Positions 32,313-32,727 of a stretch of 32,727 nt of DNA are shown here, piece by piece. The position numbers and the translations under genes were made by a program. Within the stretch, counting starts at the first letter, position 1. Every line of letters begins with the position of its first letter. Below the pieces are notes generated by a model that saw only the letters and a program-made list of their open reading frames with translations, was not told the DNA's origin and did not search any database. The stretch spans positions 1 through 32,727 of IMG/VR virus record IMGVR_UViG_3300042997_000825; one strand, given 5' to 3'. The DNA comes from a virus. Its lineage: Duplodnaviria; Caudoviricetes.

Positions 32313-32727
32313 TTATAGATTAATTAATTTTGATATTGCTGTATCTAAAAATTCAAAATATTCATCGTCGGCAATTATAGGTAGTATAATCTTAACCGAA
32401 TTCTCAGATCTAATAGATATTAGTAGACCATGTTCATACAGATCTTCTTCTTTAGTAGGGCTGAAAACTTCTTGGAATAATCCTTGACCTTTTGAATGTA
32501 TTCGATGCTTTTTCATTATATCTGTAAATCGTTGTTCAATCTGAGGTACTTTAGGAAGATCTTGTTCGAGCTTGTTGATCATAACGTTGGCTAGATATAT
32601 TCCATCCATAACCGGACACCATGTGTGAGTGTGATCCCATTTAGCATCCTTCACTGCTTGATTAATACGATCACATACCAATGCAGCGCCAAAAGGAACA
32701 TATCCTCCTGTTAAAGATTTCCCTATA
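32313..32727 (-). CDS. Class III PLP aminotransferase (BioA-like), 5' end outside the window
   Basis: Frame is open to the window edge: IGKSLTGGYVPFGAALV (PLP lysine motif), then HTHTW. Confidence 0.8.
   Translation of the reverse strand, partial: IGKSLTGGYVPFGAALVCDRINQAVKDAKWDHTHTWCPVMDGIYLANVMINKLEQDLPKVPQIEQRFTDIMKKHRIHSKGQGLFQEVFSPTKEEDLYEHGLLISIRSENSVKIILPIIADDEYFEFLDTAISKLINL

Noticed and set aside
11424-32727. Classical RiPP cluster
   Set aside because: No precursor-like small ORF in the short intergenic gaps and no RRE/PqqD, peptidase or transporter seen; a precursor outside the window cannot be excluded
1-32727. Stop-codon reassignment as in some large phages
   Set aside because: Long genes are intact in code 11; TAA, TAG and TGA all end genes at tight junctions; no suppressor tRNA
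1-32727. CRISPR array, rRNA, integrase or transposase
   Set aside because: No regularly spaced repeats or recognisable motifs found

Overview
An AT-rich segment of what looks like a large (jumbo or T4-like) tailed-phage genome, in two parts. The left ~10 kb is entirely on the + strand and resembles an early/host-takeover region. It has three perfect sigma70 promoters, five paralogous small proteins ending in F..(K/R)W, two metallophosphoesterases, ClpP, parvulin, a CDGSH Fe-S protein, an RNA polymerase omega subunit, three 2OG-Fe(II) oxygenases and seven tRNAs; one tRNA is an initiator that lacks the 3GC anticodon stem. From 10066 to the window end, an acidic tail-fibre-like gene is followed by a dense enzyme cluster of more than 21 kb that switches strand repeatedly. 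The cluster holds 8 radical SAM enzymes (one B12-binding; six arranged as a mirror-image A-B-C >< C'-B'-A' module) and 9 cupin/Asp-Asn-beta-hydroxylase-like oxygenase genes (11 domains). It also holds a QueC-like ATP-pyrophosphatase, a kinase-fold protein with degenerate catalytic motifs, a GNAT-like protein, a SAM methyltransferase and a class III aminotransferase that runs off the window. Most operon heads in the cluster have a T4-late-like TAAATA box 4-7 nt before the ATG, suggesting late, leaderless expression. No precursor peptide or known pathway is evident. The best candidate for an undescribed system is therefore a phage-encoded late tailoring pathway, possibly acting on virion proteins. 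All family calls come from motif recognition by eye; no database searches were run.
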